64,000 nucleotides of DNA from Eledone cirrhosa (lineage: Eukaryota), in the NCBI GenBank assembly GCA_964016885.1, contig CAXHJY010001012.1, forward strand, positions 30,761 to 94,760, written 5' to 3'. Both the position numbers and the translations under genes were made by a program. This document shows, piece after piece, positions 12,523 through 25,188 of the stretch. Numbering within the stretch: position 1 is the stretch's first letter; every line of letters starts with the position of its first letter. The notes under the pieces were generated by a model. That model did no database searches. It saw nothing but the letters and a program-made list of their open reading frames with translations, and was not told where the DNA came from.

Positions 12523-13700
12523 ACCACCACCACAACCACCACCAATACTGCCATCATAACTAGCACCGTGACTACCACCATTACCAATACGACTATAACT
12601 ACTACCAATACCACCACCACAACCACCACCAATACCACCACCACAACCACCACCAAGACTACCACCACATCCACCACCAAGACTACCACCACAACCACCA
12701 CCAATACTACCACCACAACCACCACCAATACTACCATCATAACTAGCACCGTGACTACCACCATTACCAATACGACTATAACTACTACCAATACCACCAC
12801 CACAACCACCACCAATACCACCACCACAACCACCACCAAGACTACCACCACATCCACCACCAAGACTACCACCACATCCACCACCAAGACTACCACCACA
12901 ACCACCACCAATACTACCACCACAACCACCACCAATACTACCATCATAACTAGCACCGTGACTACCACCATTACCAATACGACCATAACCACCAACACTA
13001 CCATAACTACTTCCAATGCCACCAACACCAGCACCACAAATACTACCACAATAACCATCACCTCAACCACCATAATCATCACCAACACCACCACCATCGA
13101 CACCATAACTACCACCGCCATTACAAAACTTCTACACTCGTTCCTCTTCTCTACATATAACCATATCAGCTTTCAACACCACCGACACCACCATCACCCC
13201 CACTGCTATCACCCCCACTACTATCACCCCCACCCCACCACCATGTCTGAAACATCCTCCCCACCCCTTCTATCTCTCTTCCTCCCTTATATACGCCAAT
13301 GTTCCGCCTCAATGAACTTAGCCGGCCGAGACATATTAACATTTTTATTACCCCCACCATCGTCATCACCTCACCGCCGCCAACCCCCTCTACTCCTCGC
13401 CGCCACCACTACCGTCATCACCTCGCCGCCGCCACTCTCATCACATCGCCGCCGCCGCCGCCACCCTCGTCACCTCGCCGCCGCCACTACCGTCATCACC
13501 TCGCCGCCTCCGCCACCGTCGTCACCTCGCCGCCGCCACCACTCTCATCACATCGCCGCCGCCGCCACCCTCGTTACCTCGCCGCCGGCCGCCACCGTCA
13601 TCACCTCGCCGCCGCCGCCGCCACCCCTCATCACCTCGCCGGCGCCGCCCTCATCACTTCGCCGCCGCCACCCTCATCACCTCGCCGCCACCACCCTCAT
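12523..13700. repeat. (ACC)n/(GCC)n-derived compound trinucleotide repeat with block duplications
   Basis: ACTAGCACCGTGACTACCACCATTACCAATACG occurs at 12559, 12742 and 12949. Confidence 0.9.
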
Positions 13701-13783
13701 CATGACACGAACGATTAACTTCTCCTTTGCTGTCTATTTCGAAGGATAAGGAGCGGAGCAAAGCCACATTGCACGTCGGAATA

Positions 13784-13855
<72 letters not shown>

Positions 13856-14119
13856 GTGGGTAGTGTAGGAGGCACAGCTATATATGTATATATATATATT
13901 TTTATTATATATAACAGAGAGAGAGAGAGAGACGCAACGAGAAAGTGATATACACTATATATACTATATGTATATATTTGTATGTATATATTTGTACGTA
14001 TGTATTTGTATGTATATCTATGTATATACATTTGTACGTATGTACATATATATATGTATATATGTATACTGTATATATATATATATGTATATTGTATATA
14101 TATATATATATGTATACTG

Positions 14120-14157
<38 letters not shown>

Positions 14158-14199
14158 TATATGTATACCGTATATATGTATGTATGTATGTATATATAT

Positions 14200-15210
14200 G
14201 AATACCTCTTCTCTTCTTTATGCGTGCGAGACCTGGGTCACATATCGACACCACCTTAAGCAATTTGAGCGTTTCCATCAGATGTGTCTCAGACGGATCC
14301 ATGGCGTTCACTGGAGGGACCACATCAGTGATGTCGAGATTTTGGAAAGCTCTATGTGTGACAGTATAGAAGCTCTTGTGCTTAAGCAACGACTCCATTG
14401 GAGTGGTCACCATGCCAGGATGAAGGATTCTAGAATACCCAAACAACTCTTTTATGGAGAGTTAGTTAAAGGAAAACGACCGCCACACAAACCAAAAAAG
14501 AGGTATAAGGATTCCTTGAAAGCCTCTTTGAAAGACGCTAACATCTCTGCTGATACATAGGAAAATGTTGCTGCTGATCGTAATAAATGGAGAAAGACTG
14601 TATATGAGGGAAAAGTTGCCTTTGAGGCATCTCGAATCACATACGAGAAAGTAAAGCGGGATGTGAGGAAGGGCATTGCTGTTGCACTTCCAGACGGCGA
14701 AGGTCCTCCTATGGTGCAGACATGCAGCGTCTGTGCGAGACTCTGCCTAAACAAAGCTGGACTCGAAAGTCATCTTCGCAGTCATAAAGTAAGACCAGTG
14801 GTTGACTACCAGGCTGCTGTTGGAGATGCTACTCATCAAGCTTGCCAAGCATGTGGTAGAGAATGTAAATCAGCAGGAGGGCTCAAGCGACATGCAAAAG
14901 TACATGAACTCCAACCACAGCCGGCTATTCCCAGTGAATGTTTTGGTTGCCGACTCTGTGCAAGGCATTTTAGATCATTGGCTGGACTAAAAAGCCACAT
15001 TCGATCACAGCGCTGTTAATTGCTATCGTGTGTGTGTGTGTGTGTGTAGATATGTTCATGTGTGTGCGCGTGTGTGTATATATATATATATATATGTATT
15101 ATTATTGTTGTTGTTGTCGTTATTATTATTGTTGTTGTTGTTGTTATTATTATGTTTGTTTTTTTTTCTCGTGCAATGGCCGTACTTGATAACGAGGGGG
15201 CAGCCATCAT
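14200..15210 (+). mobile_element. 5'-truncated RTE-clade LINE (post-RT region plus three C2H2 fingers), one nonsense mutation
   Basis: LLYACETW...RLHWSGH...DSRIPKQLFYGEL..GKR....PKKRYKD is the RTE signature. TAG 14558-14560 replaces the W of WE..A.DR..WR. Three CxxC...H fingers follow, ending at stop 15019. Confidence 0.9.
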
Positions 15211-15213
15211 ATG

Positions 15214-15254
<41 letters not shown>

Positions 15255-15394
15255 ACAGTATAGATAAGTATGTACATATTTGTATTATGTATATACTTAT
15301 ATATATATATAAGTATATGTATATACAATATATATATATATATATATATATGTTAATTTATGTGGTTCACCACGGGATAGAATTGGTCATTCCG

Positions 15395-15984
15395 ACCCCA
15401 GTACGTTACTGGTACTTTATTTTATCGACCCCGTAAGGATGAAAGGCAAAGTTAACCTCGCCGGGATTTGAACTCAGATCATAAAGGGACGCAACTCTAT
15501 ACTGGAAAGCATGGCGTCCGACCCTCTACCGATACTGCCAATTCACAATAATAATAATAATAATAATTGTTTCTACTTTTGGCACAAGGCCAGCAATTAC
15601 CCAGTGTATTACTGGTACTTTATTTTATCAACACCGTAAGGATGAAAGGCAAAGTTAACCCTCGGCGGGATTTGAAATCAGAATGGAAAGGGCCGTAACT
15701 CTTTGCGTCAAAGCATGGCGTCCGACCCTCTACCGATACTGCCAATCCACCGCCCTATAATAATAATAATAACAACAACAACAACAACCATAATAATTGT
15801 TTCTACTTTAGGCACAAGGCCATCAAATACCCAGTGTATTACTGGTACTTTATTTTTATCGACCCCCGTAAGGATGAAAGGGAAAGTTAACCTCGGCGGG
15901 ATTTGAACTCAGACTGAAAAGGGACGTAACTATGCTATAAAGCATGGCGTCCAACCCTCTACCGATACTGCCAATTCACCGCCC
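15395..15984 (-). mobile_element. Three tandem family 1 SINEs (15395-15546, 15563-15757, 15792-15984)
   Basis: Each is the reverse complement of 20035-20228, separated by (AAT)n/(AAC)n. Confidence 0.9.
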
Positions 15985-16344
15985 TTATAATAATAATAAT
16001 AATAATAACAACAACAACAACAATAACCATAATAATAACAAGGTGGAAGACAGCACTGGTTTACAAAACAGTGCAAATTTTAGACAGGGCAGGAGAGAAC
16101 TGTCTTGAAAAGCAAACAAACAAAAGAAGTTTCTTCATTTGGAAGGATTGCCATCTGGTTCGTAACAGAGAAGTTATACATATTTAGCTAGCGGGACTGG
16201 CATCAAAGATAGGATTGCTTCGAAACTGCAATAGCTGGCGCCATTTTTGTTTATTTGCTTGTCAAACTTGAACAAGGATTTCAGTCGAGAAACGATCTCA
16301 TAAACAATTCATTTTCCTTCAAATTTTGTTCTTCTACAAGCAAA

Positions 16345-16659
16345 CAGCAGCGGCGCCGCCGCCGCGCTGCCGACGCCGACGCCATCGCCGCTTCATCCTC
16401 TTCACCGCCACGACCATCATCATCATCGTCGTCATCATCATCGTCACTGCTACTACTGTTACTATTGTTACTTATACTACTACTACTACTACTACTACTA
16501 TTATTACTACAACTACTATTAATACTACTACCTCTACTACTACTACTACCTCTATTACTACTACTACTACTACTACTGATATTACTACAACTACTATTAA
16601 TACTACTACCTCTACTACTACTACTACTACTGATATTACTACTACTATTACTACTACTA

Positions 16660-16692
<33 letters not shown>

Positions 16693-16720
16693 GTACTGAT
16701 ATTACTACCACTGCTATTAT

Positions 16721-16773
<53 letters not shown>

Positions 16774-16814
16774 TTATTACTACTACAACTACCACTACTA
16801 CCACTACTACCACC

Positions 16815-16863
<49 letters not shown>

Positions 16864-16892
16864 TTACTACTACTACTACTACTACTACTACC
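16345..16892. repeat. (GCC)/(TCA)/(ACT)n trinucleotide tract
   Basis: Direct inspection. Confidence 0.95.
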
Positions 16893-16980
16893 TTGTGTCT
16901 TTCTTAACATGACATACGTCTCTATCTCTTCCTGTTTAACCGCCCGTATGTCTGTATGGATGCCCGTCTGTTAGGTTGTA

Positions 16981-17043
<63 letters not shown>

Positions 17044-17161
17044 CGTGTGTGTGTAATGTAATATATATATATAAATATATGTGTGTGTATATATATATAT
17101 ATATAGATATATATATATAAATATGTGTGTATATATATATATAGATATATATATATATATA

Positions 17162-17290
<129 letters not shown>

Positions 17291-17325
17291 ATATATATAT
17301 ATAGATATATATATATATATATATA

Positions 17326-17454
<129 letters not shown>

Positions 17455-17754
17455 ATATATATATATAGATATATAACTCGAACTCGCTATCTTACAGATA
17501 TCGCATTCGTCTTTTCTATAATGAACATAGAAAAGAGAAAGGGATATATATATATATAAAGGTTAAACAAGGTTCGATGAATAAGTCGAATTAGTTTTAC
17601 AATTACTACTACTACTATTACTACTAGTTTAGTTTTACAATAGATTGGAAGCACTCAACAGTGGGTTTTCCGAAGTTATTAATATTCATTCAAGATATTA
17701 ACAAAATTAGAACTTCATTGTGATCGAGTATATGTTATTATACATATTTATATA

Positions 17755-17818
<64 letters not shown>

Positions 17819-18080
17819 GGAAAAAAGGAAATGAAATTACATTTCCCACTCTTAGTACGGCTGTTACTTAAATATAAGTATGTACACGTACATACATATA
17901 TGTATACAGACGTACAGTAGTATGTATATATATATACATACATGCACACATATATATATGTACGTATGGATTCACCGAACATTTATTATAATGCTCGCTG
18001 TGTTTATAAACAAACATCCCGTATTAAGCCGTAGTGTCCAGCAATCATCTTTGCTCGTTTGTTCAACACTGACAAAGGAA

Positions 18081-18121
18081 CGCAGTACTAGTTTCAAGCT
18101 TATTAGCTTTCGTCAGCAACG
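18081..18121 (-). ncRNA. Minimal type I hammerhead ribozyme
   Basis: CGTTG-CTGACGA-AAGC-taataa-GCTT-GAAA-CTAG-TA-CTGCG. Confidence 0.8.
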
Positions 18122-18502
18122 TATACCTTCCTGCCAGATTGTTGAACGTATATACTTACCTTATGCATATTAACGGCTGAGTAGCCCAATTTGCATATCG
18201 AGTGGGTTAATCGGCCGGGTGCACCGAAAACGATAAACGGAAAAAATGAAACGAAATTTCATTTCCCACTCTTAGTACGGCTGTTACTTAAATATAAGTA
18301 TGTACACGTACATACATATATGTATACAGACGTACAGTAGTATGTATATATATATACATACATGCATATATATATATATATGTACGTATGGATTCACTGA
18401 ACATTTATTATAATGCTCGGTGTGTTTGTAACCAAACATTCCGTATTAAGCCGTAGTGTCCAGCAACCATCGCTGCTCGTTTGTTCAACACTGACAAAGG
18501 AC

Positions 18503-18543
18503 CGCTGTACTATTTTCAAGCTTATTAGCTATCGTCAGCAACG
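18503..18543 (-). ncRNA. Minimal type I hammerhead ribozyme, second copy
   Basis: CGTTG-CTGACGA-TAGC-taataa-GCTT-GAAA-ATAG-TA-CAGCG. Confidence 0.7.
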
Positions 18544-18588
18544 TATACCTTCCTGCCAGATTGTTGAACGTATATACTTACCTTATGC

Positions 18589-18709
<121 letters not shown>

Positions 18710-18733
18710 AATATATATATATAAATATATATA

Positions 18734-18826
<93 letters not shown>

Positions 18827-18863
18827 TATATATATATAAATGTATATATATATATATACATGT

Positions 18864-19022
18864 GATTCTACAGGACTAGAACTGTTTCATTCTTTAGAAA
18901 TTCTAAAGAATGAAACAGTTCAAGTCCTGTAGAATCTCATCTATATTAAAACTTTTATTATCTACTATGTATTGAGTACCTTACTTACTGTGGTTACCTC
19001 CGATTCAACCCGGAATATCTTA

Positions 19023-19025
<3 letters not shown>
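18864..19025 (+). mobile_element. Family B terminus, truncated in HHR helix II and folded back
   Basis: Palindrome 18864-18935. The remainder matches 57693-57810. Confidence 0.75.
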
Positions 19026-19089
<64 letters not shown>

Positions 19090-19130
19090 AATATTAATAA
19101 ATGAAAACGTTCACATAATCAAAATATATG

Positions 19131-19192
19131 TTTTATTATATATATTTCGGAGGTACTGTGCTGTTTTTTCAGTACGTCCTCGTCAGATAAAA
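19131..19192 (-). ncRNA. Type I hammerhead ribozyme (family A2), canonical core
   Basis: TTTTAT-CTGACGA-GGAC-GTACTG..CAGTAC-CTCC-GAAA-TATATA-TA-ATAAAA. The element 19085-19256 is homologous to 7998-8175. Confidence 0.85.
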
Positions 19193-19569
19193 TACATGAA
19201 TTGATGTATGACATACCTCAACTGTCTTGATGGTTCAACTCCTGTAATGGCATATATATTTGGTATGCCATATAGACCACGATTAAATGACTTAGGAACA
19301 CTTGTAAAAACTCGTGGGGCGATAAAAGAATGGTTTTCATAAAAGGAACCCTCTTGTTTATGTTGCTTATGACACGCGGAAGTGATTAATGATAAGATTG
19401 GTTATTTGATGTTTTATTTCTAGGATATAATTATACAAATGTTCTGGATACATGAACAAATGACATCCAGGATTGAATGTATGAGTTCGAGTACAGGGCA
19501 TTGTGATTGGAAACTTCGAAATGTATTGTGTGCTTGAGAATGTAAATCTTGGAGATTATATATATATAT

Positions 19570-19692
19570 AGTAAAATATTTAACAAACACACCATCAAAT
19601 TTTCGTATTCTACATCCTCCAATATTTCCAACATCATCTCTAAACACAACAACAAAATATTAAATACTAAATCTCTTCCTTCCATATGTTGA
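19570..19692 (+). pseudogene. C-terminal remnant of a Penelope-like ORF
   Basis: SKIFNKHTIKFSYSTSSNISNIISKHNNKILNTKSLPSIC* resembles the post-RT motif KIFNRNTVKVSYSCMPN...I..HNKKIL of aquatic-invertebrate PLEs (recalled, not searched). An HHR follows. Confidence 0.7.
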
Positions 19693-19745
19693 TTTAAAAC
19701 TGCACTATCAACAAGTGTTTTTTTAGCCTTCATATCATGTTCTCC

Positions 19746-19816
19746 TGTTTTATCTGATGAAAACACAAATATTATTGTTTGATGATGTTTGTTTTTGAAA
19801 TGCGCATAATAAAATA
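19746..19816 (+). ncRNA. Type I hammerhead ribozyme
   Basis: 8-bp helix I TGTTTTAT/ATAAAATA; CTGATGA 19754; long helix II; GAAA 19797; palindromic TGCGCA; UA site 19808. Confidence 0.85.
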
Positions 19817-20034
19817 TATTGAACTCCTTTAACCATCTTTTGATCTTATATTATATATATATATATATTATATATTAGGTATATAGTCACAGCATTGGAT
19901 ATTTGAGTTCTGCAAGTACTTGTGAATTTGCACGTAGCATAACTAGGCTGCAGTACCACCGTGGAAACACTTGTAAGCACACGGAATAAATTACCTTTTT
20001 ATGATGTCTCCCTGTTATTATTCATTCTTTATAT

Positions 20035-20228
20035 AGGGCGGTGGATTGGCAGTATCGGTAGAGAGTCGGACACCATGCTTTGAAGCATAGAGTTACGTCC
20101 CTTTATGATCTGAGTTCAAATCCCGCCGAGGTTAACTTTGCCTTTCATCCTTACGGGGTCGATTAAATAAAGTACCAGTAATGTACTGGATAATTGCTGG
20201 CCTTGTGCCTAAAGTAGAAACAATTATT
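20035..20228 (+). mobile_element. tRNA-derived SINE family 1, full length
   Basis: A box TGGCAGTATCGG, B box GAGTTCAAATCC, central GCCTTTCATCCTTACGGGGTCGAT (Meta-domain-like, recalled), ATT tail. Partial copies at 7898-7960 and 50736-50880. Confidence 0.85.
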
Positions 20229-20246
20229 CATTCTTTATATATATAT

Positions 20247-20689
20247 ATACGATATTAAACAAATGGAAACTATATTTATAAAACCATATTTATTTCATTA
20301 TACATATTTCAGGGATACCATATTAAAAATATGGCATGCCTTCTTCAGATAAAATACAATATATAAGCAGTTTTATAAATAAATTTGACGTACCATAAGA
20401 TATTGATCAACTTCCATTTAAACCAACTTTTTTAAATGGAAGTTGATCAATATCTTATGGTACGTCAAATTTATTTATAAAACTGCTTATATATTGTATT
20501 TTATCTGAAGAAGGCATGCCATATTTTTAATATGGTATCCCTGAAATATGTATAATGAAATAAATATGGTTTTATAAATATAGTTTCCATTTGTTTAATA
20601 TCGTATATCTACTCCAAAACTTGTTGAGTGCTTTATATCAGTTATAAAATATTTACTCGTTGTAACCCAACAATTTTAAATAAAACTTT

Positions 20690-20692
<3 letters not shown>
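20247..20692. mobile_element. Fold-back family A element with two HHRs (20291-20356 -, 20497-20562 +) and 3' tail
   Basis: ~175-bp arms. CTGAAGA-AGGCATGCCATA/TATGGTATCCCT-GAAA-TATGTA-TA. (TA)n flanks. Confidence 0.85.
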
Positions 20693-20730
<38 letters not shown>

Positions 20731-20733
<3 letters not shown>

Positions 20734-20956
20734 GAACGATCGACTTTCGTCAAATCGGACCGAGGGAACAATGTTTCCGTTGGTCTTTCCAATTGCGAAT
20801 ACTATCTATCGGTCGCAACTCCAGGTAGAAGGAGCAACGTGAAATAAAGTGTCTTGCTCAAGGACATAACGCATCGCCTGGTCCAGGAATAGAACTCACA
20901 ACCTTACGATTGCGAATCCAATTCTCTAACCACTCATCCACACGCCTTCACGCCTT
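20731..20956 (-). mobile_element. tRNA-derived SINE family 2
   Basis: Reverse complement of 51318-51542. Confidence 0.85.
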
Positions 20957-20984
20957 ATATATATATAACATGAATGGAGCTGTT

Positions 20985-21174
20985 ATTTTTATCTACAGAC
21001 ATCTTTTCCAATTCCATCCCGTCCGTCCCTTCAATCTATCTTATTTCTCATTCTTTCTTCTGATGAAGGACTAGCTTCCGAAACGTTAAGACCCTCTTCC
21101 TGATATATCAAGCGTTAACCTAATATATTCCTTCCATTTACTGTACCGATTGTGTTGTTATTTCTGTTTGCCTG

Positions 21175-21177
<3 letters not shown>
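20985..21177 (+). mobile_element. Family C terminus with minimal HHR (21056-21091)
   Basis: TCTT-CTGATGA-A-GGA-ctagct-TCC-GAAACGTT-AAGA. Homologs at 58169-58342 (-) and 59330-59463. Confidence 0.7.
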
Positions 21178-21205
<28 letters not shown>

Positions 21206-21258
21206 CATACATACATACATACATACATACATACATACATACATACATACATACATAC

Positions 21259-22487
21259 ATGAACTGGTCATTGCAAGAACTAAGTGAGATGGATGTTAGA
21301 ACTCGTAAACTTCTCAGTGTGACTGGGAACTTTAACATCAATGGTGATGTGGATAGGCTATACTTCTCACGCAAGGAAGGTGGCCGGGGTCTAAAATCAA
21401 TATTAACAACATATGAGACCCGGATAGTAACACTGAAGCAACACCTTCAACAGAGGAAAAAGGTTGGCGACCATCTTGCTCAGGTTTATGAGCATGAAAA
21501 AAGAAATATCATTAGAATAGCGACTGATCTGGAGGAGAGATATGGAATAAAGCCTGATATAAATCTCTCACCCAGAGAAATCGGAAGATCCTATTCAATG
21601 TTCAAACAAGAAAAAAAAATTGACCAATTTACAGAGAAAGTTGTGCATGGATACTTGAGGCGTAAAACACAGACCATAGAGGGGATAAACCACTCAAAAA
21701 GCCTGGCATGGAGTTCCGACAAGTTTATGACATCACACCTTGAGGGATATCTCTATGCAATACAGGAACAAGAACTCCCTACCAAATATCTGCTGCACAA
21801 AAGAGGAGGGCCAGCAGCTGACAATAAATGTAGGCTATGTAAAACAAAGATCGAGGATGTAAGCCACATTGTTGCCAGCTGCGAAAGAATGTCATCTCGC
21901 TACTACCTCCCCATGAGACACGATGGGATAGCTAGAACTATCTGGAACGCACTTCGGAAAACAAAATTAACAACAAACGAGGAAGAATATATTGAGACAG
22001 ATGGCACTAAGGAATACTGGTGGAACCTGAAAATAAAAACTGCCACCAAATTAAAGCACAACCGGCCTGATATTGTAGTTTGGGACCACACATTGAAAAC
22101 GTGTTCTGTTGTGGAGATCAGCTGCCCACTTGATGTAAACGTTGTCAGAAAAATACAGGAGAAGGAGGACATCTACGGACCATTGATGAGGAGCTTACAA
22201 ATCCAGTATCCAAGATACACCTTTAGCTTCATACCCATCATTATTGGTGCTACGGGTTATATACCAACCCGCTTGGACCAAAGTATGACCGAACTTGGAT
22301 TTGCGGACAAAAAGCGCAGCTCCCTAATTCATAGTCTACAAATGGCTGCGATAGCTGGCACCTTCAAAATATGCAAAACATTCTTGCGATTCAAGGGATG
22401 ACAATTTCTTTTCTTTTACAACCTTGCCACCAGGAAGGTGGCCGGTCAAAAAAATATACTCGAAATTAAGAGAAAGAGAAAACATGC
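21259..22487 (+). mobile_element. 5'-truncated RLE-endonuclease non-LTR retrotransposon (R4/Dong-like), uninterrupted ORF end 21259-22401
   Basis: RLYFSRKEGGRGL; CCHC knuckle CRLCKTKIEDVSHIVASC; RHD; NRPDIVV...VVEISCP...KEDIY (PD-D/E nuclease); IPIIIGATG. (TACA)n lies on both sides. Confidence 0.92.
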
Positions 22488-22514
22488 ATACATACATACA
22501 TACATACATACATA

Positions 22515-22585
22515 CAGGGTGTCCCCCAAAAATGTATACATATATTTGATGGAATGCTGTTGAAGTGTGTATACGTTTTGGGGTA

Positions 22586-22592
<7 letters not shown>
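22515..22592. mobile_element. ~80-bp Tc1/mariner-type MITE
   Basis: TA-CAGGGTGTCCCCCAAAAATGTATACA...TGTATACGTTTTGGG; related to 31509-31587. Confidence 0.6.
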
Positions 22593-22618
<26 letters not shown>

Positions 22619-22963
22619 AACCCACATGTTGTAATATTGTTATACATATATATGCATATATAAAGAGAGAGAGAGCGATACATACATACGCAAAGAAATA
22701 CTTATATATGCACATACATGCATACACACACATACACACACACAATTATATATATATATATATAAACATATATATACGCACGTACCTCAAATTCATACGT
22801 TCTTATGTACATTACATTTATATATACATATATATGTATGTATGTTTAAATAAATGTATGTATATATATGTATATATATATGTATATATACACACACACA
22901 CATACATACCTAAATCATCCATGCAACCTCACATTCATTCACACATTCATTCAAACACGCACG

Positions 22964-23010
<47 letters not shown>

Positions 23011-23069
23011 AGACACAGACACACACACACACACACAGATACACAGATACACAGACACACACACACACA

Positions 23070-23173
<104 letters not shown>

Positions 23174-23652
23174 TACAGATCTCTGTTCACCTCATTTCTA
23201 AATCTTGGTATATTTATTCGGGGCTGGTAGTCTGACATATGGTCACCAGTAGTGTTTTGTTATTCTTCCTCTTAAAAATATTGGCGTCGGATTCTCACGT
23301 GGAAAAATGTCGAGAAAAAAGAATTTGAAATAAATAAACCTTGGTTCAGATTTGATCCCGTGTCGCTATTGTTTTACTCTCACCTGTTTTTCTGGTTACC
23401 ATGCCGTGCTTTCATGACCGGCCCTTGATTCAAAATTTGATCCTGTGACCCTATTAAGTTTCGCTCTTAGCTGTTATTCTGATTGTGGAAAGTTGAAATT
23501 AATACATGTAATATTTCACAGCTTTAGCATCACTCCTTCATAGTCAGCCTATGAACATCTCAACTGAATCTTGTATAGCGTGACTTGTGCTTCTTAAACC
23601 CGATGGATACATACCATATTTATCTCTAGGTTGGATTATCGCTAATTATTTC

Positions 23653-23755
<103 letters not shown>

Positions 23756-23769
23756 ATAATAGTAATAAT

Positions 23770-24720
23770 AATAAATTTGAAGACTAAAATCTAAAGAGGG
23801 CTCGATAAGGATAAATATATATCAAATATATAAGAACCGTAGTGCAAATATTTATTAAAATAACAGATTAAAGTTTAAGCAAAGAATCGCTGCTTTCACC
23901 CTTAACGGGATTTTCTGAAACTAACAAAGTCAATCTGTAAACGCAGAAGTGAATATTTCAAAAAACGTTGCAACCGGAGGAAGACAGGAAGACGATACTT
24001 TGGTTCGTAGAAACGTTCCCTGGCAAAGAACGGGAAAAAACGAATATAATACGTCATTAATAGGAGCGGTGAAAAACAATTACACGCAAAGACAGAACCA
24101 CGTTTATGGTATAAAAGAAGTCGTTGACTAATGTTCCCTTAGGTGGTTCATAGAGACGTTCTCTGGCAATGAACGAAAAAAACGAAGATAATACGTCATA
24201 TGTGGAGCGTAGAGAACAATTGCACGCAAAGACAAAACCACGTAAATGGTATAGCTGAAGTCGTAGACTAAAATTCTAACGAGGAAACCGAATGATTCTC
24301 CGCTACAGAGTTAAGAATAAAGTAAATAAAATAAAAAACAGAGGTAATTGAAATTAAATAAATACATACGCGCATCCAAATACGTACATACACAAGCATA
24401 CGCAAAAACACTCGCCATAGGTATACAAATACACGCACATATAAATATGTGTGTGTATGTGCGTGTATACAAATAATTAAATAAACGTATATAAATAAAT
24501 ACGTATATAACAAGCGCACACACATATCTACATGTAATTACACAAATGTTCGGAGACGTAAGTCAACCAAAACACGAAGTACACATATACACACACCCTA
24601 CATTTGAAATATTCACTTCTGCTTTTACAGATTGACTTTGTTAGTTTCAGAAGATCCCGGTAAGGGTGAAAGCCGCGATTATTTGCTTAAACTTTAATCT
24701 GTTTTTTAATAAATAAATAA
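23770..24720. mobile_element. Family E PLE-like element with inverted termini and HHR variant (24643-24693 +)
   Basis: 23850-23961 is the inverse of 24604-24712. AGTTT-CAGAAGA-TCCC..GGGT-GAAA-GC..GC-TT-AAACT. Other copies at 58000-58145 (which has CTGAAGA) and 60820-60890. Confidence 0.65.
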
Positions 24721-24730
24721 ATATATATAG

Positions 24731-24765
<35 letters not shown>

Positions 24766-24795
24766 CAATTATGTGATAAACAACACGATATAATT

Positions 24796-24867
24796 ATTCC
24801 ATTACCGAAGGTTTCACGAAGTTAGACGATTCTAACAGAAACGTCTGTTTCGATCATCAGATAAAAC
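24796..24867 (-). ncRNA. Type I hammerhead ribozyme (family G)
   Basis: GTTTTAT-CTGATGA-TCGAA..AGACG..CGTCT..TTCGT-GAAA-CCttcGG-TA-ATGGAAT. Confidence 0.75.
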
Positions 24868-24892
24868 ATCTTTATTAGGGATGTAAGATATG

Positions 24893-24933
<41 letters not shown>

Positions 24934-25188
24934 GATGTGGGATACTTAAAGCGTCCGTAAGTGGTAGGCCGTTTAAGCACTCGATGCTCTTACAGAGCAG
25001 AGTATAACTCTGCTTCCTAGAATCGAGACATATCCGAGGATCTTGCGATTTCAGAGTCAGGTTTGATCATTGCATTGATCGTGCCTCGAGCTGGTCGCCA
25101 GAGAAACGATTGTAATATGTCTAATAAATCCTATTCGTTGCACCACTGATTCTCTCTTTCTTATGTGATATATATATATATATATATA

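Noticed and set aside
14663-15019. Host zinc-finger gene
   Set aside because: It is in frame with the RTE ORF and followed by the RTE 3' tail.
18152-18161. U1 snRNA 5' end (ATACTTACCT)
   Set aside because: Only 10 nt match, and it is better explained as a minus-strand splice donor.
19431-19766. 111-aa minus-strand ORF as a gene
   Set aside because: It is the antisense shadow of the PLE remnant and crosses a (TA)n junction.
20035-20115. tRNA genes (also 51325-51400)
   Set aside because: The A/B boxes belong to SINE heads with attached bodies, and no convincing cloverleaf was found.
25015-25107. Intact minus-strand HHR upstream of the bulged hairpin
   Set aside because: The core reads CTGGCGA and helix I is weak, too degenerate to call. 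29115-29150 (-) similarly has only a 3' half.
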